Shown here in pieces: positions 58,193-64,000 of a DNA stretch of 64,000 bases. The notes under the pieces are model-generated. The model ran no database searches. It saw nothing but the letters and a program-made list of their open reading frames with translations, and was not told the DNA's origin. The stretch comes from Bdellovibrionota bacterium (GTDB lineage: Bacteria; Bdellovibrionota; UBA2428), in assembly GCA_041750195.1 (NCBI GenBank), contig JBGSZX010000031.1:20669-84668 (forward strand), written 5' to 3'. Each line of letters begins with the position of its first letter. The first letter of the stretch is position 1. A program made the position numbers and the translations under genes.

Positions 58193-59833
58193 GTGCAAAC
58201 AGTTGGGACAGCTAAATCGACAAAAAAGGATTCGTCGCTCGTAATGAAGGCAGGCTCCATGGGGGGTGCCGTTTTTTTAAGCCGAATTTTAGGACTTGTG
58301 AGAGAACAAGTTTTTGCCTACTTCTTTGGGGCAGGAATGGCGACCGATGCTTTTTTGGTGGCCTTTCGAATTCCCAATCTATTGCGCGACTTATTTGCCG
58401 AAGGAGCTTTGAGTTCAGCGTTTGTGACCGTGTTTTCCCGTGAGAGCAACAAGGAGCGAAGCCAGGAAATGGCAAGACATGTGTTGCTCGCACAGTCATT
58501 GGTTGTTTTGCTTTGTTGCATATTAATATTTATTTTTTCAGAACAAATTGTTCATTGGATTGCTCCTGAGTTTGCAAGAATAGACGGCAAGCTTGAACTC
58601 ACGACACAATTGACGAGATATTTATCGCCTTTTTTACTTTTTGTAGCATCGGCCGCGTTGTCCATGGGCATTTTGAATTCCATCGGATATTTCTTTGTGC
58701 CGGCTCTTGGCTCGGCGGCATTCAATTTGGGAAGCATTCTTGTTGGCGGCATTGGTGCCTGGTTTATGAAAGAGCAGGGCGTCGTTGCCATGATTTCGGC
58801 ATTTACGGTTGGAAGCTTGAGCGGGGGTATCTTGCAGTGGGTTGTTCAGTGGCCTTTGCTGATAAAAGAAGGCTATTCGCCGGTAAAAAACTTTTCTCAG
58901 ATATTTACGGGGCACGGCATTTCGAAGGCTTTCGCGGACCCTGCTCTTAGAAAAATTGTTTGGTTGATGGCCCCGTCTGTTCTGGCCGTCGCTGCGGTTC
59001 AAATAAATGTTTTTATAAATACTGTGATTGCTTCTGAGCTGGCCCAGGGAAGTGTGACTTGGTTGAATTATTCGTTTCGATTGTTACATTTTCCACTGGG
59101 AGTTTTTGGAGTGGCCTTATCGGTAGCAGCCTTACCAAGTTTTTCTAGATTGTGGGCCGAGGGGAATCATCAAAGGTTTCACCAAACGTTAAGACAATCG
59201 TTGCGGCTAACTTGGATATTGGCCTTCGGTTCGGCTGCCGGTCTCATAGCGTTCCGAGAGCCTTTGGTTGCAATGATATTTGAACACGGACGATTTTCGC
59301 GTACCGATACACTTGAGACGGCGGCGGCACTTGCTGCCTACGCGCTTGCGCTTCCGGCTTTAAATTCAACCAAAATTTTTGTTCAAGTATTTTATGCGCT
59401 TGATAAGGTGTGGATTCCGTCTTTGATTTCAATTATTCTTGTGTTCTCGCATTATTTTTTAGCTACCTATTTTGGGGGTCTTTGGGGGCATACCGGATTG
59501 GCTCTCGCGATTGCAGCAACATCATTTTTGAATGCGCTACTTTTGGCTATTGTTTTATCGGTTAAAGGATTTAAATTACTTGATCTAGAATCTATCAAGG
59601 TTTTGGTGGGTTCTATTGCGGGTGCGCTCATTATTTTGCTCGTTGATATCTCAGGATTGTCGAGCTTCTTATTGGTTCTCAAGAAAGACAGTTTTGTATT
59701 CTTTTTTATTTTAACAGTGTTCTTAATTGTAACTTTGGGGGCCGTTCATTTGATGTGTGCGAGTCTTCCATCTCAAGAATTACGGCAGGTCATGCATCGC
59801 CTTGTCACAAAAATTAAGTCTAAGTTACCTTAA
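58193..59833 (+). CDS. murJ: Lipid II flippase MurJ (MviN)
   Basis: SRILGLVREQVFAYFFGAGMATDAFLVAFRIPNLLRDLFAEGALSSAFV is canonical MurJ TM1-2. The probable start is M 58244. Confidence 0.9.
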   Translation: MQTVGTAKSTKKDSSLVMKAGSMGGAVFLSRILGLVREQVFAYFFGAGMATDAFLVAFRIPNLLRDLFAEGALSSAFVTVFSRESNKERSQEMARHVLLAQSLVVLLCCILIFIFSEQIVHWIAPEFARIDGKLELTTQLTRYLSPFLLFVASAALSMGILNSIGYFFVPALGSAAFNLGSILVGGIGAWFMKEQGVVAMISAFTVGSLSGGILQWVVQWPLLIKEGYSPVKNFSQIFTGHGISKAFADPALRKIVWLMAPSVLAVAAVQINVFINTVIASELAQGSVTWLNYSFRLLHFPLGVFGVALSVAALPSFSRLWAEGNHQRFHQTLRQSLRLTWILAFGSAAGLIAFREPLVAMIFEHGRFSRTDTLETAAALAAYALALPALNSTKIFVQVFYALDKVWIPSLISIILVFSHYFLATYFGGLWGHTGLALAIAATSFLNALLLAIVLSVKGFKLLDLESIKVLVGSIAGALIILLVDISGLSSFLLVLKKDSFVFFFILTVFLIVTLGAVHLMCASLPSQELRQVMHRLVTKIKSKLP

Positions 59834-59909
59834 AATGCACATGATCGTAATTATTTGCAATGCGTAAAGGTCAGGTGACAATTGCTAATGATGTGCTAAC
59901 CTTGGCGAT

Positions 59910-60377
59910 ATGCAGATCGATATCGGAATACCAGAAAACCACAGAATTACTATTGCTAATGGCTTGAGTCATCTTCTTGCGGACTCGTACACGCTCTATC
60001 TGAAGACGCATAATTTTCACTGGAATGTGACTGGCCCGATGTTTCAAACATTACATATTATGTTTGAAACTCATTATACCGAACTTGCAATGGCTGTAGA
60101 CGAAATTGCTGAACGCATCCGTTCTTTGGGACAGTTCGCTCCTGGCAGCTACTCTCAATTCCTTGAGTTATCGACGATAAAAATTGGCGATGGAGTTCCC
60201 AAAGCCGAAGACATGATTCGCGAACTTGTTGAAGGTCATGAAGCAGTTGCTAAAACAGCGCGAAGTGTTTTCCCTGCGGCTCAAGCCGGAAATGATGAAG
60301 TGACAGCCGATTTGCTTACTCAGCGTCTTCAGATTCACGAAAAAACAGCGTGGATGTTGCGCAGTTTGTTGGGCTAA
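59910..60377 (+). CDS. dps: Dps (DNA-binding ferritin-like protein)
   Basis: [42 protein letters not shown] carries the ferroxidase-site His and Glu residues. Confidence 0.85.
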   Translation: MQIDIGIPENHRITIANGLSHLLADSYTLYLKTHNFHWNVTGPMFQTLHIMFETHYTELAMAVDEIAERIRSLGQFAPGSYSQFLELSTIKIGDGVPKAEDMIRELVEGHEAVAKTARSVFPAAQAGNDEVTADLLTQRLQIHEKTAWMLRSLLG

Positions 60378-60386
60378 TTTCTTCTA

Positions 60387-61187
60387 TTAATTTCTTAACC
60401 TAGAGCTGTTCGTAAAAAGGTAAATCACCCAATAGGCGAGTATTGTCGCGATGCCAAGTGATACAGAAAACGCAATGGCAAATGAGATTTCACCCCGTCC
60501 GAGAATGGATGAGCGAAAGCCCTCGATCAAATAGTAAAGAGGGTTGAACATAGAAATGGTATTCCATGGAGAAGGCAATTGCTGAACGGGGTAGAAGAGG
60601 CCACCCAAATAAATGAGTGGCATCAGTAAAAAATTTGTAAAGACAGATAGCGAATCAAAGCTCTTTGCAAAAATTGCTGTAATCAATCCAAATTGTGCAA
60701 ACAAAAAGGCTGAAACTGTTGCCATTAAAATTGCCTTAAAGGGGTGGGCCCAGGGAAGGCTTGTGAAAAAAATCGAAACGCCCAAAATGACGAGTCCAAC
60801 CAAGATAGCTCGCAAAATAGCCGCCAATGAATAAGCCGTCATGAATTGAAAGGGAGTTAGTGGCGTGACTAAAAGGTCCGCAATGTTTCCTAAATATTTT
60901 GAAATAAAAAGAGAACTGGAGGTATTTGCAAAGGCATTGTTAATCACTCCCATTAAGACTAGTCCCGGCACCACAAATTGGATGTAGCTGATGTCTTCCC
61001 AAAATGAAATTCTTCCTCCAAGACTGACGCCAAAAATTAACAGGTAAAGTGTCGCCGTAACGACGGGGGCCAATAAGGTTTGTCCCGCAACGGACCACAT
61101 GCGCAAAATTTCTTTTTTGAAAAGCGTCGAGAAACTCTTAAACCCAGAAAACTTTTGCGTTTGAATGGAGTTGATTTGACTATTCAT
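60387..61187 (-). CDS. ABC-2 type transporter permease
   Basis: 6-TM ABC-2 fold. It overlaps the upstream ATPase gene by 4 bp. Confidence 0.75.
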   Translation of the reverse strand: MNSQINSIQTQKFSGFKSFSTLFKKEILRMWSVAGQTLLAPVVTATLYLLIFGVSLGGRISFWEDISYIQFVVPGLVLMGVINNAFANTSSSLFISKYLGNIADLLVTPLTPFQFMTAYSLAAILRAILVGLVILGVSIFFTSLPWAHPFKAILMATVSAFLFAQFGLITAIFAKSFDSLSVFTNFLLMPLIYLGGLFYPVQQLPSPWNTISMFNPLYYLIEGFRSSILGRGEISFAIAFSVSLGIATILAYWVIYLFTNSSRLRN

Positions 61188-62086
61188 TCTCGTCGACCAC
61201 CCTCTGTGCGAGTGAGAGAAAGGAAGGCGTCCTCAAGACTACCTTTTTGAAGGTCAAAATCGACGACCTCACTGTAATTTTTATTGTCACTTTCCCTGCC
61301 ATCCTTGCTGCCCGGGTTTGCCAAGTCATTGATAACTTTTTGAAGCGAATCACCTTCGTTCAAGGTTATCTTTAAATCATCGCCAGTTTTAAATGAAACA
61401 GTTAAATGGCGTTTATTGATTTTTTGAACTAATGATTTGGTTTTATCGAGGGCAACAAGTTCGCCGTGATGCATGATTCCTATGCGACCACATAGCTCTT
61501 CGGCCTCTTCAATATAGTGCGTGGTGAGCAATATGGTCGTGCCTCTTTTGTTGATTTCTCTAACAAAGTCCCAGAGTGCTACTCTTAACTCGACATCAAC
61601 GCCCGCCGTAGGTTCATCAAGAATGAGAAGCTTAGGTTTGTGAATGAGGGCCTTGGCCACCATGAAGCGTCTTTTCATACCACCCGATAGGCCCATCATT
61701 TTTTTCCCAAGATGGGGTTCAAGCGCTAATCTTTCGATCAGTAAATCACGCCAGTCAGGATCAATTTTAACTCCATAATAGCCCGGGTGAAGATTGAGCA
61801 TTTTCCCAATTGGCAAAAAATTGTCGATGACGATTTCTTGGTGCATCAGTCCAACATTGCGACGAGTTTCTACAAAATCAGTGACAATATCTTTCCCAAA
61901 AATTTTGATACTGCCTTTTTGCATGCGGCATAAACCGGCAATGAGGTGAATCGTTGAGCTCTTTCCTGCTCCATTGGGACCCAGGAGTCCAAAAATTTCA
62001 CCCTCATCGATTTTGAGATTAAGGTCTTTAACGGCTGTAAAATCTCCGTATTGTTTCCAAAGATTTTGAATGTCAATCGCAGCCAT
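61184..62086 (-). CDS. ABC transporter ATP-binding protein (ABC-2 exporter partner)
   Basis: Walker A GLLGPNGAGKSST, signature LSGGMKRR and Walker B LLILDEPT. Confidence 0.85.
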   Translation of the reverse strand: MAAIDIQNLWKQYGDFTAVKDLNLKIDEGEIFGLLGPNGAGKSSTIHLIAGLCRMQKGSIKIFGKDIVTDFVETRRNVGLMHQEIVIDNFLPIGKMLNLHPGYYGVKIDPDWRDLLIERLALEPHLGKKMMGLSGGMKRRFMVAKALIHKPKLLILDEPTAGVDVELRVALWDFVREINKRGTTILLTTHYIEEAEELCGRIGIMHHGELVALDKTKSLVQKINKRHLTVSFKTGDDLKITLNEGDSLQKVINDLANPGSKDGRESDNKNYSEVVDFDLQKGSLEDAFLSLTRTEGGRRE

Positions 62087-62132
62087 AATGTCCTCCCTGA
62101 TCTCGCCTTAATCTCGGCGGTTAGAGCTAGGT

Positions 62133-63398
62133 TTAATTTTTTGGTCTAAAGATGACTTTTAAAAACTTACGCTTGCCAACTTTAATCAGCGCATCTTTTT
62201 TATCTTCAATCACAAAAGCCGTGTCGCTAATTTTTTCGCCGTCAACCGAAACGCCACCCTGAACAATCATTCTGCGAGCTTCTGACAAGCTCCCTACGAG
62301 TTCTTGTTCGGCAAGAAGTTTTGTTAGAGGAATTTGACCTGCTTGAACAACCAACTCGGGAATATCCGACGGCAATTTTTTTTGTGCGAATACAGCGTCA
62401 AATTCTTCGGCAACTTTCTCGGCGATTTCTCGTTCATAAAAATTGGAGACGACTTCAACACCCAGTCGAACTTTTGCCTCTTTGGGGTGCATGTCTTTGA
62501 TGGTTTCGAGGGGAACATCTGTGAGCAATTCGTAATATTTAACCATCAGCTTGTCGCTAATGCTCATGATTTTGCCAAATATATTTTTGGGGTCTTCGGT
62601 GATTCCAATGGCATTGTCCAAGCTCTTTGACATTTTTTGTACGCCGTCGGTCCCCTCAAGCAGAGGAAGAAAAAGAGCAACTTGTGGTTCTTGGCCTGCG
62701 GATTTTTGATACTCTCGCCCTAACAAAATATTGAAACGCTGGTCGGTTCCTCCGAGTTCAACATCGGCGCGAAGTTGAACCGAATCATAGGCCTGCATGA
62801 TGGGGTAAAGGAACTCATGAATCGCGATGGGTTGTTTGGACGAATACCTTTTCGAAAAATCTTCGCGTTCAAGCATTTGTGCCACAGTTGTTTGAGCCGC
62901 TAATTTAATGACATCCTGAATTTTTAAACTATCAATCCACTGGGAGTTAAATACAATTTGAGTTTTCGATGGGTTTAAAATTTTAAGAACTTGCTCTGAA
63001 TAAGTTTTTGCATTCAAGATTGTTTGTTCTCTGGTGAGGGGTTTGCGGGTTTCATTTTTTCCCGTGGGATCACCTATTTGCGCTGTAAAATCTCCAATGA
63101 CAAACAAAATTTGGTGGCCCAAATCTTGAAATGTTTTTAGTTTGTTTAGGACAACGCTATGGCCAAGATGCAAATCTGCAGACGAAGGATCGGCTCCAAA
63201 TTTTATTCGAAGTGGACGTTTGTCGGCAATGCTTCTCTCTAATTTTTTAACAAGCTCTTCTTCAGGAACAATTTCCGAAGCACCTCGTGCAATGGCGTTG
63301 AACTGAATCAAAGCTTCCTTCTTGATGGCGGGAGTGATGGCCGCAGGAGCTACTATTTTATCTTTTTCTTTTGGGCTGTTCACTTTAGAAGTTGTCAT
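62133..63398 (-). CDS. tyrS: Tyrosyl-tRNA synthetase
   Basis: HIGH-type DLHLGHSV and KMSKS ([11 protein letters not shown]), with a C-terminal S4 domain. Confidence 0.9.
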   Translation of the reverse strand: MTTSKVNSPKEKDKIVAPAAITPAIKKEALIQFNAIARGASEIVPEEELVKKLERSIADKRPLRIKFGADPSSADLHLGHSVVLNKLKTFQDLGHQILFVIGDFTAQIGDPTGKNETRKPLTREQTILNAKTYSEQVLKILNPSKTQIVFNSQWIDSLKIQDVIKLAAQTTVAQMLEREDFSKRYSSKQPIAIHEFLYPIMQAYDSVQLRADVELGGTDQRFNILLGREYQKSAGQEPQVALFLPLLEGTDGVQKMSKSLDNAIGITEDPKNIFGKIMSISDKLMVKYYELLTDVPLETIKDMHPKEAKVRLGVEVVSNFYEREIAEKVAEEFDAVFAQKKLPSDIPELVVQAGQIPLTKLLAEQELVGSLSEARRMIVQGGVSVDGEKISDTAFVIEDKKDALIKVGKRKFLKVIFRPKN

Positions 63399-64000
63399 GG
63401 GTACGTACTTTCGTCCTTTCGCTCTATGCGTATGCGCTCAATCGAGCGAGCTTGTCCGTTAGAATCATCGATGTCGATGACAACTCCGCAAAGCCAGGGG
63501 TCTTGAGTGGCGGCTTCAAATTTTCGTCCTCTTTTGGTGATAAATTTTTCAATGATAATTTCTTTTTTCATCCCGATGACCGAATCATAGGGGCCGGTCA
63601 TGCCTAAATCCGAAATATAGGCCGTGCCTTTGTCTAAAACTCTTTCATCGGCAGTTTGGATGTGAGTGTGTGTGCCAACGACAGCGGAAACTTTTCCGTC
63701 TAAATACCAGCCCATCGCAACCTTTTCAGACGTTGCTTCGGCATGAAAATCCACAATAATATTTTTAGTAATTTTCTTTGCTTCAATGATGAGCTTGTCG
63801 ACGGTTTTAAAGGGACAATCCAAGGGGTCCATAAAGGTGCGGCCCATGATGTTGATCAAGGCAATTTTTTGAGTTGCACTTAAGCTATAGCAGGCCCAAC
63901 CTCGACCCGGAGTTCCTTCGGGATAGTTTGCGGGTCGGACAATGTACGGATCGTCTTCCAGCACAGCCACACCTTCTTTTTTATCAAAGGAATGATTGCC
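63395..64000 (-). CDS. ymdB: YmdB-like metallophosphoesterase (TIGR00282; 2',3'-cyclic-nucleotide phosphodiesterase family), 5'-truncated at the window edge
   Basis: [10 protein letters not shown]...[11 protein letters not shown]...[10 protein letters not shown] motifs. The reading frame stays open to base 64000. Confidence 0.75.
   Translation of the reverse strand, partial: GNHSFDKKEGVAVLEDDPYIVRPANYPEGTPGRGWACYSLSATQKIALINIMGRTFMDPLDCPFKTVDKLIIEAKKITKNIIVDFHAEATSEKVAMGWYLDGKVSAVVGTHTHIQTADERVLDKGTAYISDLGMTGPYDSVIGMKKEIIIEKFITKRGRKFEAATQDPWLCGVVIDIDDSNGQARSIERIRIERKDESTYP

Noticed and set aside
1-64000. CRISPR arrays, rRNA, tRNA, prophage or integron features
   Set aside because: A by-eye scan found no regularly spaced direct repeats longer than 4 units and no rRNA- or tRNA-like conserved strings. 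It found no integrase, phage structural or recombinase genes. Nothing supports these features.

Overview
This is a 64 kb, densely coding chromosomal window from an AT-leaning Gram-negative bacterium; GC looks roughly mid-40s % by eye. The gene content points to a Bdellovibrio-like predatory lineage (Bdellovibrionota) or a related deltaproteobacterium. This placement is an inference from a compact lipid-A/outer-membrane cluster, a short ~280-aa flagellin and many signal-peptide hypotheticals; I could not run any search. I saw no rRNA, tRNA or CRISPR arrays.

The first ~18 kb is a conserved cell-envelope supercluster: lysS(partial)-lolC/E-lolD-bamA-skp-lpxD-fabZ-lpxA-(Gfo/Idh/MocA oxidoreductase)-lpxB-lpxK-lpxL-like-lipoprotein-GT2-GT9-cmk-lnt.

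The rest mixes housekeeping genes with lineage-specific blocks:
- Housekeeping: cca, an iscS-like cysteine desulfurase, pckA, mscL, hemB, an S9 peptidase, maf, folE2, photolyase, an RRM protein, ubiB, rnr, surE, an M23 peptidase, apt, murJ, dps, an ABC-2 exporter, tyrS and a partial ymdB-like gene.
- Lineage-specific blocks of secreted hypotheticals at ~18.5-21.8 kb and ~46.8-50.7 kb.
- A two-component pair next to fliC.

The most unusual observations:
1. Two diverged IS200-like Y1 HUH-transposase-fold paralogs sit 11 kb apart. One (46103-46753) keeps the HuH motif but seems to lack the catalytic tyrosine; the other (57445-58122) keeps the tyrosine but has a degenerate HuH. This could give one trans-assembled heterodimeric active site.
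2. An MnmA-like protein next to the cysteine desulfurase has lost the PP-loop and both catalytic cysteines, so it looks like a pseudoenzyme.
3. A GnnA-like oxidoreductase sits between lpxA and lpxB, which suggests a GlcN3N-type lipid A.
4. There is a 24-bp perfect inverted-repeat element in an intergenic region, and several tandem repeats.
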